Source: Flaccisagitta enflata (taxonomy: Eukaryota). From it: a stretch of 64,000 bases of DNA. Position numbers and translations under genes: made by a program. The stretch covers positions 43,462,001 to 43,526,000 of the forward strand of contig OZ231126.1 of assembly GCA_965153355.1 (NCBI GenBank). The letters run 5' to 3'. Positions 1 through 12,141 of this stretch are shown here, one piece after another. Within the stretch, counting starts at the first letter, position 1; every line of letters begins with the position of its first letter. The notes below the pieces were generated by a model. It saw nothing but the letters and a program-made list of their open reading frames with translations. It was not told the origin of the DNA and made no database searches.

Positions 1-957
1 TTTTCTTTTTTGTCGGGTGTGTTTTTTTTTTTTTCTGTCTTAGTTCCTTCTAACCTCTACTATGTGCGACCATTCTATCACGCCGCGTTTTCAAACTACA
101 TCCTGAAAAAATAGAGGGGTGGTAAGAAGAGGGTTTTTTCACTATTTACCAGTTATTGCGATCCATTGGTAAGCGTGTTAAAGTATCTTGCGACTTGTGG
201 CTTAGTATCATATACCGGCTTTTTCTGGTGCGAATCTCGGTTTATTTGAAAATTTTTACAGCCTCCTTGATGGTTGAGCGATATATTCTCGGCTTTGGTT
301 CCTCCTTCCCTCTGACCGATCGTTTTAAGAAACACTACTTGATAGATACAAAATTGCTTTTTTAATTACTACCCCATCGTTTCATTAAGCATTTAATCAT
401 CATTTTATTACATTTTCAAGTTTTCAAACCATGTTTTCTCTTTTTCCTAACCAGATTTTTGATTGACTAAGTCAGCTCACATCGAGTGAATAGACTCCCA
501 TCGAAAAAGTGAACTCACATTGGTTAAAAAGTAGACTCCCATTGATTAAGTAGACTTATATAGTCTTTCACGGAATCTTTTTAAAGTGCGAGGAGGGATC
601 CTATCAAAGACGGGCTCCATCCAGTCGAGACAGAGGTCAAAATCCAGCGTGCCAACACCAAACAAGGAAATAAAAAAGTAAGTAAGGGAATTAGGAGTAA
701 GTTAGTAAATGTATTAGGCCTAGTATACTTACGGGCCTAAAACAAAGTGGGCGAAATGTCCCTTTGTCAAAGGTAGCTGAGTTGAAAACACTTTTGGGAA
801 TCTTGAATAAGCACGAAGGAGGGCCACTTCCTGATGGGATTTAAGGCCGCTCGCCATATGTAAGATGTGGCCACTCTCCTCCTAGAGATTGTAAAGAGAT
901 GATATTAAGCCTTTTTTTCCCCTTCCCTTCTCCAAACCCTCTATTGTTTTTTTTCAG

Positions 958-1074
958 ACTAGGATCGTTGGCGCTCATACTAAACCGCTCGCACTCATAC
1001 TAAACCGGACACTTCCAAACTCAAGAACGCACCTGAGAGAAAAATCGAAGAACTCACCTGGGAAAAAATCGAAG
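958..1074 (+). other. Putative upstream exon of the 1822-5198 gene
   Basis: Acceptor TTTTTTCAG ends at 957 and donor GTAAGG starts at 1075. The 117 nt are open and in phase 0 with the exon starting at 1816. Another donor GTAAGT lies at 678. Confidence 0.4.
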
Positions 1075-1147
1075 GTAAGGAGTATCACCACCAGAGTCTT
1101 CCCCTTTCACCTCCTTCTCTTCTTCTTCTTCTTCTTCTTCTTCTTCT

Positions 1148-1417
1148 TCACTCTTGAGATCCAAAGCAAGGCGTGTATACCAGCCTGCTTGGTCGTGATT
1201 TTTTTTCCTTTTTTCTCCTTTTTTTTTCCCGTGTGTAACCGAGATATTTTTTCAATTTTTTTCTTTCTCTTTTTGTTAAACCATATTTTTCCGTTTTTAG
1301 TTCCTCTAGTAATGCTTTTGCTTGTACATCTTCACACCATTTCACCACATTGACAGGTCCTCCTTCTTCCGGGACGGTGTCGTGAGTTATTAGAGGTCGA
1401 TCATCCTTTCTTTCCAT
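1148..1417 (-). CDS. Small basic hypothetical protein (89 aa, MERKDD...), antisense within a putative intron
   Basis: Non-repetitive ORF with an NLS-like Lys/Arg-rich C-terminus and a minus-strand TTGCAG acceptor just upstream. No homology recognised. Confidence 0.25.
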   Translation of the reverse strand: MERKDDRPLITHDTVPEEGGPVNVVKWCEDVQAKALLEELKTEKYGLTKRERKKLKKYLGYTREKKRRKKEKKSRPSRLVYTPCFGSQE

Positions 1418-1821
1418 CTTGACTTGGTTCTGCAATTGGAGGAGCCGAAATAAACAACAAAGGATACAAGGTAAGCATTCATTCGATTATTTTTTTTTTC
1501 ACCTGAGTCAAATGTCGCCGTCTTACAAAGTTTTGTAAGACGGCAAAACATATAGTTTGTGACTTTTAACACTCTCTATGACGTTTTCCACCGACTTACA
1601 ATCGTCTATAAAACAACCATCTGGAAACAACCGACTTACGACAATTTCTAAGACTGTGACTCAAGACCATCTAAAAACCACCGACTGAAAATCATTTGCA
1701 AGACAGTAACATGTCTTATAATCTAAACAATTGTTCGTTTTTCTCTCGTTTTCCCTTTTTTCACTTTCCACACTTATCCACTCTCCTTACCTTTCCTACT
1801 TTTCTTTTTCTATAGACTTAC

Positions 1822-2741
1822 ATGCCAATAGGGAATAAGGACAAAAGACCCCTCTATCATTCCCATATATATTTTTCGGCCTTTGCTGAAAGCCTAGTCA
1901 CAAATCGACATCTCCGTAAACTCTTATTAACTATTGACAAAATGGTGCTTAATTCCGAGGGTCCTCCCACTAACTCAAAATTTATTTTAGACCCGGAGGA
2001 GAATGTTTTATCACCGACAGCGACACTCGGCTTAGAATTGGTTAAGGATCGTATCAGAGATGAACAGAATGAGTTAACCATGGGTGGGAATAATTCTGTA
2101 AAGGGAGTTGTTCGAACGGGGAAGATAAGGGCAGCAGCTTGTAATGTTTCTGAACTGAAAGAAATAAGAAAAAAAATTGTGGATATTTTTAAGATCGCTC
2201 TTCCAAGCGAGGTTATTAATCAAAAGGTTCTTCATAACTTTAGCTTTACCACAGACACATCTATCTTAACGGCTCTGTCAGAAAAACACAATAATACCAA
2301 GGCAAACGCGGTTGGGTTTGGGACTGCACACCATCTCCAACATTTCTTACTGGCAAACAGTAGCAACCTAAAACAGGAACCCTGTCAACTACGACACACA
2401 CCAACCTTCTTCATCTCAATCCTACAATGCTGCAATTCAATTCTCGCCCCTTCCCCCCAACACTATCTAAGAAAGGAATGGAAAGAGTATCGTAATGCGA
2501 CCCCTCCTCCATTTCCCAAGTCACCTTCCAACCCACAACAGCATGCCATTAAGACGGAACGCTTACAAGGTCAGAGAGAACGGGTGCTAAAAAATTTAAC
2601 TCATTTGATGGAGAAGAAACCTCACACCATTTCACTAGAACAATACGCATCCTCCGATTGGAGAACATCACCTCTCACTACCACTTTTGATAAAAAAGAA
2701 GTAGCGAAGCTAGAGAAACTCGCATCCTCATTCAACACCCC

Positions 2742-2808
<67 letters not shown>

Positions 2809-4172
2809 GAAACATCAACAGCTTCAGATCCAACAGTCGGTTCCGGTGGTCACCCTGTGTACACCAACTGTTTCTACTGTCCGCCGTTTATCCATAAACC
2901 TAAAAACGAGTCAGCCGTCTCCGTAAACCATTTTTCGTGATCTGTTGCATCCCGCAGTTAACATCCATCGGCTGCTTGTCAAAACTTCGCTCCATCAAAC
3001 ATTGGAACATTTCGAAAAGTTCCACTCTGAACGTTCGAGTTCAAGAGTCAAAAGTGGGCATGGTTTGATTCTCCCATGTGCAATCTGTAGCAGATACGTC
3101 ATGGAAGGGAAGGAGGAGTACCGTTTTTCAATGTATGCGTGTTGCTTAGAGGACCTGAAGGACCACTGTCTCCTCATGCACCATGAAGACAACTTATTAT
3201 ACCATCTTTACGTCTCCATAAGAAGGATGATTGTACAGGAAAACATAATGATAGATTTAAAACTTGTGGATATGTACTTGTTAGTGAAGTGCCCAATGTG
3301 CAATATGAATTTCCTTTCACAAGCTGCAGTCAAAATCCACGAAAAGCTATGTTTAAGTAAATTTGTCACCTCCTGCGCCTTTTTTGGCAACCGTCTTGCC
3401 AACAACGTTTTCTCCTGCAAATACGTCAAAGAGAAATCTGAAGAGGAAGATCAACTGCACGCGATCAATCAAGCATCCCTCTTCCTAAAACGCGCATCCG
3501 CATCTTCGTCTTCCAAGGATTCAGCAACTACATCAGCAACAACTACTGCCACTTCAACAACTTCGACAGTAACATCAACAACGATCAAAACTAACAAAAC
3601 CTTTGAACAATACCTCTCAAAAACTTACGGAGAATTCTTGCTAAAGAAATCAAGCCCCTCAAAACACTCAAAACATAAGCACAAGGATGGGACATCAAAG
3701 CTGACCACGACCTTCGTGGAACAAGAATCAACCCCAAAAATGAAAAAACCTCCACCACACACAACCAGTCGGAAAAAAGACAATCCGGCAAAAGCGTTTT
3801 TAGACTCCGAAGCAATTGAGGTGAATCTCCACTCACCTGACAAGAAGATCCAACGAAAGAAAATGAAAAATAAATCCAAGAGCGAAGGGGTTGGCGGAAA
3901 AAACTGTGATGAAATGGAGAATCGCAAAAAAGAGAATAATGACGAAAAACGCCATCTAAAGAACAAGGAGAAACACAAAGGGGAGGAAGAGGAGAAAAAC
4001 CAAAAACGGAACGCGAATGGCGAGGAGGAGGACAAGGAAGAGGAGGAGGAGGCGTCGAGAAGAGGAGGAGAAAAGACACATAGGAAGAAAAGACCCCACA
4101 CTGAGAAACAAAAAGAGGAGAAAGCAAGGAATGATGGGAGAAACAAAAGCGGAAAAAGAAAGAGTCGGGATA

Positions 4173-4214
<42 letters not shown>

Positions 4215-4628
4215 TTGATGACGTCACAAGTAGAGGCAAGCCCAATGGCAATGGCAATGGTGACAACAGATGCATTGTGATTGAGGGTGATAGTGATGAC
4301 AACAACATTCATAGCAGTTACAAGCACAAAAATGACACTGATAACATGGATGTTGAGGAGGAACATACGGTTAATGATACTGATGATGATGGAAAACAGA
4401 ACTCTGCTGCGGATGATAATGATAGTGATGGCGATGATGACAATGAGGGTGCTGACAACAACACTGATGGAGATGACAATGATGATGGTGGGGGAGATAT
4501 TGACAACAATGATGACGATGACAGTGACGATGATGACGGTGACAGTGACGATGATGACGATGATGACGATGGTGATGATGCTGATGACGATGATGGTGAA
4601 AGTGATGACGACGATGATGATGATGATA

Positions 4629-4664
<36 letters not shown>

Positions 4665-5198
4665 CTGATGATGACAACGATGATGGCGATGCTGGAGATG
4701 AGGGTGATGATAATGATGATGATGATGATGATGATAAAGAAAACGATCCTAACCACCGCCAACGCTCTATTAAGAAGAAGAAACGCGTTCGCTACGCTTT
4801 GTCAACTAGTTCTGACAATAACAGCTCTAACAATTCATCCTCGGAGGAGGAGGAGGAGGAGGAGGAGGAGGGGAAAGGAGGAAGGGAAGGAGGATCTGTC
4901 ATCTTCATCCATGCTTGATACTATGTCAAGTAGCTACTCATCCATAGGTGTGTTAAAGTCTAAAAAAAAATTGAAAGGAAAACATACTGAGGAGCACAAA
5001 CCTGTAAAAAAAAGGAAGACCATCATACAGAGTAAAAACAAAAAAAAAGGTTCTCAGCTGAAGAAAAAAGCCAAAATCATTTCTTCTTCTTCTTCCTCCT
5101 ATTCTTCTTCTTCTTCTTCTTCTTCTCCCTCTTCTTCTTCTTCTTCTTCCTCTCCCCGCATCTCAGCTAAAAAACAGAAAAAGAACCACAGGCGATAA
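1822..5198 (+). pseudogene. Large ORF (about 1,120 aa reconstructed): unknown N-terminal domain, poly-Q tract, Cys/His zinc-finger-like cluster, Lys-rich and very long Asp-rich tail; split by two +1 frameshifts
   Basis: ORF 1822-2940 joins ORF 2945-4918 if one T is removed from the T run at 2931-2935 (NHFRDLLHPAVN). A second +1 shift near 4871-4876 joins the end of ORF 4281-5198. Motifs: CFYC..NHFRDLLH, CAIC, DHCLLMHH, CPMC..HEKLC. A splice acceptor TTTTTCTATAG ends at 1815, just before the ATG. Confidence 0.65.
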
Positions 5199-5316
5199 TG
5201 AAGGATAAAGGTTATAATTACAACTTCCTTTTCACTTTATTCCCCACCACCCTACTACACCTCTTACTGTAAAAAAAAAAGCTTTTTTTTTATCTCTTTT
5301 CTTCTATCTTTCCTCC

Positions 5317-5321
<5 letters not shown>

Positions 5322-5392
<71 letters not shown>
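5322..5392. repeat. (CA)n microsatellite
   Basis: Direct sequence. Confidence 0.95.
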
Positions 5393-5395
<3 letters not shown>

Positions 5396-5599
5396 TCAGA
5401 TTGTGACGAACTTCTTTCACCGTAAAGCAACATTGTTCCAACACATTATGGCAACTATGTTCATTGTAAAATTGTCTCGTTGATTCCAACTTTCCTTTTC
5501 TATATGTTGTATTTCTATTTGTCTATTATGATTTCTTTTTCTCCTGTTGCCCAATCAAAAAAAAACAGAATAGATAAAAATATTAAACCCCCAAAAGTG

Positions 5600-5676
5600 T
5601 GAGTTCCAACACTTCTCCTCTCCCCCCTCCCAACCTATGGGGTGGGGGGGAGGGGGAGGGGTGGGATTGGAACTCA
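5600..5676 (+). promoter_or_regulatory. Hairpin with G-quadruplex-type G tracts just upstream of the pPolB start codon
   Basis: TGAGTTCCAA (5600-5609) pairs with TTGGAACTCA (5667-5676). A C-rich arm faces GGGG-T-GGGGGGG-A-GGGGG-A-GGGG-T-GGG. The ATG is at 5700. Confidence 0.5.
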
Positions 5677-5699
5677 AAGAGAAACACTTAATCTTGAAT

Positions 5700-8600
5700 A
5701 TGTTCCACGAGGATGACTTGGACTACTTAGATGAAAATTCTTTGATAATCCATCAAACAATCACTGACGATTTCTACGCTGGTGAGCAAAAAATTTTTTG
5801 TATATTTTTTTTTTCTTTTTTGCATTTTTTGCATTTTTTCTCTTATAGAACTATGAAATATCATATTCTTTCTTCCCTCAATTCTTACATTTTCTTTTTT
5901 AATGCTGCTTCTATCAAAATACTTTGGATTTAAGGATTGTCTGCGAAAACAATATTCCAACGTGCCCCCCATGAAACTTGGAAATCCTATCTCCCGGAAA
6001 CTGAGATCTTTATATATCATAACTTCTACATGCGTCCCACACTATCACAAATTCTTCAACCCGGCAAAGAATACCTAATTTTCCTCTCGGCTGAAATAGA
6101 GTTTCATAAACTAACAGATATAAATGATAAAATGTCAATTTTTTCATCGTATCGGAATCAAAGATGGATATCAGTGGATCACAACTCTTTAGCTGTATCA
6201 AATAGATATGCTGACGAAATGCTGACAAACTTTAGCATCCAAATTATGTCTGACATTGATTCAGTTCAAAATAAAAAAGAATCGGGTTGGGTTTATGAAA
6301 AAGTCATCAAAATGTCAATAGTGAAAATTGAACGCAATATATTACTCGGACCGAGTTTTGGAGCCACACCACGCCGAAACAAAAAACCATACTCCTTTAA
6401 CAAACATTTTCAAACTACTTTGAAAACATCAAACTTGCGTATTCCTGATAACTACATCCCATACTCTTTCTCAAAGCATCCTAACATCTGCATCCCTCTC
6501 GCCATTGTCATTAAATTGGAACACATCAGGGCCGGTGGATCATTCAACATAAAGACATTTTCTCTCAAAAGAATAGCCTCTGCTCTCCATAATCTACGCT
6601 TTAAAGAACTTCAAACTGTTGAAAACGATTTTAAAATTTACAAAAAAGACCTCCCCAAACTAGAGGAAATAAATAAGGGTTTTGGGGAAGCACTCAAACA
6701 ACAATACCCTTTTCTTCGATTATATGACGGTTTCAGTCTTAATATGTATAGGGTTTTAGGCTTATATGAGACACATAAAGGCGGTACTGTTCGTTTAACT
6801 ACCTCACATCTTTTGGAAAATTGGAATTCGTCAAAATTCCTACAAATAGATTTACTCGACGCGACTGATATCCTAGACCCTCCAGTCACAGACCATGTTC
6901 TAATAATTCTAAACTATATCCAACTTGTCAGTCACAGAAAGGACACTCGCTACAAACATGCTTGTCGAGCATGCCAAAGACTTTTTTCGAAATATGACTC
7001 CTTTCTAAGACATATCACTGAAATTTGCTCCCCCTCTCCAACAGCCCCAAGACGTGCTAAAAACTTCATCCTTCATAAAACTTTCATCAAGGACAAACAA
7101 ACCGGGAAAAAAAAACCTCACACCGTTTCTTTTCAACATAGACAATATCACAAGACATTCCAGAGCCTGGTTTATGGAACCATGGATCTAGAAAGTACAA
7201 ACAAAACCATGGAGGCCGGCCTTTTTCATAAAAAACCCCCTTCATCCTCTATTTTCTATCAAAAACCATTTGCATTCAGCTTATGTTACACCACTCCTTA
7301 CAACATACAACTCCCAGACAATCTTAACAATATCACAATTAAGTTCTATGACGAGCGTCATACTACCCTAGACACCTTTTATTTGTCGATCCTTACAACA
7401 TTAAGACAAAATGCCGCAGATGTGAATAAATTCATATTCAACACAATTACTCAAGATAACGGACCACCCAACTTATCCTCTCTATCCAAGGCCGACAGAG
7501 AAGCCTACATGAAAGCGAGTTCGTGCAGTTTTTGTGGTAGAAAATTCAACTCCAAGATAAGATCAAAAAAGAATAAGAATTTATTTTTCACTCTCCGAAA
7601 GGTAAAACATCATAATCACTTTATCAAAGTTCCCAACCTCGCCAAAAAAGGAAGTATTAGTGAAGACAATGGGAAAGACAGACATGAAGTAATTGTCCTT
7701 TGCTCCGGTTGTAATGTGAACACATACCAAAGTGGTTTTCTCACTAAAAACGATCTACGAATTGGGATTCACAATGGCGGAAAGTACGATTTTATTTTCT
7801 TGTCGGACATGGTCTCTAGAGTGGGCCATACACCATTTAAACAAATTGATAAAAATGGTCAAGAGATCACCTTACCATTAATCAAAGGGGATGTTCAAGT
7901 ACTATGCAAAGATAAAAACAGTTTTTTGCAATTAAGCCTACGCTTCAACTGTGACCATTTATCCACTTGTCCCTACCATTCACAAAACAACCTTTCATCC
8001 ACCCACACAAAAAAAAACCGTTGGAGTTCCTGCCCTTACGAGAAGAGTGTTACCTTTTTTGACACAGCCATGATGATAACTGCCAGCCTGGATGGTATGT
8101 TACAAGATGTGAGAAATATACACGAGGGAGTCAAGGATTTACGTTTAGTCTTCCCTCGCACACACCATTTTATAACCTCTCAAATGGGATATAATGAGGA
8201 AGTTTTTTCATCCGTTCTTTGTAAAAAAATACCTCAACCTTTTGAAAAAATTGATTGTCTCCAATATGCTCTAGACATGAAAGAACCTCCACCGGTTTCT
8301 CATTTTTTTTCCCGTCTTAAAGGAGATGCGTTGACAGGGGAACCTAGCATCTCGGAGGAAAGTTACAATGATTTCGTTAGCATTTGGAGACAAATTGGCG
8401 CAACTAATTACTTTGACGTTCTCGTGCTTCATTCCGGAGCCGACTCCACCATTCTCGCCGACGTGATTTCATTTTACTACGGTGAAATCTTTAGAGTGAG
8501 CGGACTATCCGCAATCGAATTTGTTACGTGTGCGTCAATTTCTTACCAATCGGCGTTACTAAACAGTAAATCCCCATACAACGCAAACGAACCTTTACAG

Positions 8601-10736
8601 CTACATGTACCTAATCGTAAGATTCATGATATTTACGCTCTTGGGTTACGAGGAGGCTACGCATTTGTAAATGCCAATTATTGTGAGTTCCGACATCTTG
8701 AAGTCAATCGGACAAACTCTGTCCCTAGAAACATGATAAAACAACTGTCTTTTGAAGATATTAATGGTCTCTATGCTTCTTTACTCAAACAAAGAATTTC
8801 TATTGGTGATTATGTATTCTATTCCCGCCGTCACAACAAACAGCAGTTTGACTTTCTTAGCCGGCAGTTGCTCTCTATGAATATCGATTTTTTTTCCAAT
8901 GAAATGCACATGAAAAATCACTTATTTTTCTTTGTCGTGATCTTGACTTATGACGATGACGCTTTATTTGCATCCCAAAATTTTGACTTGAGCTTTTTCC
9001 CCTTTTACGATACAATATCTCTCGACATGTTATCCCCACACCAAAGCGCACGTGCTCAACGTCTCAAACGCGATCCCGGGAGAGAATCATGCCAACTTGT
9101 TAGTTACTTAAAAAGAGGTTTAAAGACGGCGGATTATGCAGAAAACTTGATTTATCAATTATCATTCCACAATTGCAGAATTTCTTGTGTGGTTAAGATT
9201 GTGCGCTCAACTGCTTTTCCAGTGTTTAACCCTTGGCTTTCTCGATTAGAGACAGAAAAAAGACGTAATATATCTCCCATTCTTAACAAGCTTTGGAAGC
9301 AGTTTGGCAATAATATCGCGGGATACACCCATCAACGACTCAATGAACGCGTCAGTGCCAAATTATGCCTATCCAAGGCTTCCTTTGTTAGACACACTAA
9401 TTCTGAACACTTTTTCGACTTTACATTTATCAACGAAAATGCTTGCTTACTAACTTTTGATCATAAATCTATTGTAAGTAGAAATCTTCCCGCTATATCA
9501 TCACGCACTTATAGTTCTGCGAAATTATTCATGTGGAGAATGTACCACACTTTAGCTGCAAGATTTTACTTTTTTGGAGGGTATGGCACTCGAATTCTGA
9601 TGAGTGATACTGATTCCTACGCTGTCTCGATGCTCACTAAAAAGTGTGATTACACTTTTTTTTTTTTATAAGAACCAAGTTTATAAGAACGTTAGGCTTC
9701 AAAACGTTAAAAATTTAAGAACATGCTAAGAACATTGGAAGGCTTCATTTTTTCCAAAATTTAAGAACATTAGGCTTAAGATCTTAAAAATTTAAGAACA
9801 TTTTTTTCCTGTGCTTTTCTTAATCAATTGTACCTTGTCAATGGATAGACTATGTATCTTTTATATTGAGCAAATCATGTCTCACTTTAAATAGCGTATA
9901 TTTTTCTACTTTCATTGATCTTAAAACACTTAAAACATTTAAATCTGCTAGTTTGTTGTTTCATTGATATTTTCCTTTATTTTCTCCTTTATGACAAACT
10001 TAAAACTAATTAAGAACGTTCTTAATTGAAGGTTAAAAATGCGTTTAAATTAAGAACAATTTAAGAACGTTCAAGCCTTGAAACTGCTCAAAATTTAAGA
10101 ACATTGAAGGCTTGCTCAAAAAATGACGTTCTTATAAAAAAAAAAAGTGTATATGCTTGCTGAGGCGGAAAAAGCAAAGCAAGCAGGTCTATCTCACCTC
10201 CCCTTCTCTTCGTACACCTCCTGATTTATAGCAAATGCATGCCTGAAAACAATGGCACCATTTTTAGACTTTTCATGTATCAATCCTGATTCTCACATTT
10301 ATCAAACTTTTTTTGCTGATAGTACACCCATGCAAAAGGCCTGTGCAACCTTAGCTGAAAACAGACGATCTCAATCCTTCTATATTAAATCTGAGATCAA
10401 CAACAAACAAATGGAAATGTTTTTAGCCGCCTCAGCTAAATGTACATGATAGTAAACAAAGACTTGTCACCCTCTTTGATTAAAGCAAAAGGTTTGAAAC
10501 GAGGGCTCATTTCTAAAGTGATTGACACTGCCCATTTTATAGATGTGGCAAAACACGAAAAACCTTCAAAAACAGTACAACAATATAACTTAAAACGCAT
10601 GAACGGCACCATTTTTCTACATTCTGTAAAACGTAGAGCCTTAACACTTTTCACCAGTAAACGTATCATGGATCCGACTTATTTCCAACCAGGATCCCAT
10701 TTTGGCTATCCTCTCCATTTTAAACCTTTCATGTAA
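5700..10736 (+). pseudogene. Protein-primed family B DNA polymerase (pPolB, Polinton/Maverick-adintovirus type), about 1,460 aa reconstructed. Exon 1 5700-5781, intron 5782-5934, exon 2 5935-10736, disrupted by a MITE, a TGA and a frameshift
   Basis: Motifs: ESGW (N-terminal region), OTU-like Cys (NICIPLA) and His (DHVLII), zinc finger CRAC..HITEIC, ExoI MDLES, EndoVII/HNH-like insert CSFC..HHNH..CSGCN, ExoII HNGGKYD, GLRGG, motif A EDINGLY, motif B KQFGNNIAG, motif C SDTDS, and C-terminal KSE..SAKMY..KAKGL..KR in ORFs 10252-10449 and 10440-10736. Confidence 0.9.
9653..10149. mobile_element. Tc1/mariner-type MITE inserted in the pPolB coding sequence
   Basis: TIR CACTTTTTTTTTTTTATAAGAAC / GTTCTTATAAAAAAAAAAAGTG, TA duplication at 9651-9652 and 10150-10151. 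A second copy lies at about 62813-63155. Confidence 0.9.
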
Positions 10737-10925
10737 CTGTCTTTCTATCTTGTTACCTCGTTTCCTCTTTCCTTTCCATTTAATCTATTTAAGTGCTTAC
10801 CCACTTAGACATACCTACAAAAACTAGGCTACAATGGCTGACTTTGAAGAAGGAGCAAAACCTGACTTTTACACTTATCCATTGGATTGATATGAGACTA
10901 ACAGTGTGCGACTGCTCTATGACAG

Positions 10926-10926
<1 letters not shown>

Positions 10927-10984
<58 letters not shown>
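10927..10984. repeat. (CA)n microsatellite
   Basis: Direct sequence. Confidence 0.95.
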
Positions 10985-10988
<4 letters not shown>

Positions 10989-11218
10989 GACAGTCTTGTA
11001 ATGATGTAGTTGAAAATTAAATAATGACATAATATGATATATATATATATGGAAGCTAATTTCTATTACTTCACTTGTGTAAAACCATCTTATGAAGAGC
11101 TGATAAGCGAAACGCGTCAGATGTTCTACATTTTCTATTATCATGACTAAAAACGTTCGTCATTTGCATCATTTGTTCAATTAAAATCTCACACGACATT
11201 GAAATTTGACTTCTTTTT

Positions 11219-11270
<52 letters not shown>

Positions 11271-11627
11271 TGTACTTCTATAGGTGGGCTACTTTCTACC
11301 AAAATGGTTCAACAATGGGGATTGCGTTCATGAAGATAGACACAAATAAAGCCGGCTCACAGTGGCAAACTAAGTATGTGCATTTTGTGCAGTTTTTTAT
11401 TTCGTTTTTGTATTTTTTCATCTTTCATTTCATTTCCTTTTTCAACTTTTTTTCCTCAGCAAATTTAAGTATCATATTTAACTCATCCAATTCAATATTT
11501 CTTTTCACTACAACCACTACAGGGGTTTTCGGAGCGATGAAGGTTATCTCTGTTGGTCGTTACCCCTTTGCGATTTCGTGGAACTGGTGGGAAGGAACGT
11601 TTTTCAGGTCTTGCAAGCGTGCGTCAA

Positions 11628-12141
11628 TCAGGTGTGTCAATATGCAAAAGGTCTTCTGATCAGCTCATCATCATCAGGGAGTATGAAGTCACTAATTACA
11701 AGACACTTACCATTTTTATTTTTTTTAATTTCAGTCATCTTCCGTTTTTTTAGCGCATGTAAAGATTGTCCAAAATATATGTACTTTTAGCGACTGTACC
11801 CAGTTTTGTTGAAAATGAGACGGATATATCATTTAAAAAATTATATTTTTTCCATTACTAAGTCTTCTTGTATAAAAGCAGAAGATTTTCACTAATTTTT
11901 TTCAGTATAAGGAATAAAAAAACCAATGGGTTTTGATTTTTTTCCTTATCATCAATAATCCAGGTGCAAAACCAGCTGCACTACAATATACAAATTAGGG
12001 GCTAAATAGGGACTTAGAAAAAAACGGAAAATGAATGAAATTTGAAAAAAGAAAAACGGTGAGTGTCTTAGAATTAATGTCCCAACACTCCCTGATGATG
12101 ATGATCTGATCAAAAAACCTTTTGCATATTGACACACTCGA
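11628..12141. mobile_element. Mutator-like MITE with long imperfect TIRs and a 9-bp TSD
   Basis: TIR GTGTGTCAATATGCAAAAGG... / ...CCTTTTGCATATTGACACAC. TSD GTGCGTCAA at 11619-11627 and 12142-12150. Confidence 0.85.

Noticed and set aside
3591-4762. Minus-strand ORFs up to 268 aa
   Set aside because: Antisense shadows of the GAT/GAG-repeat coding region.
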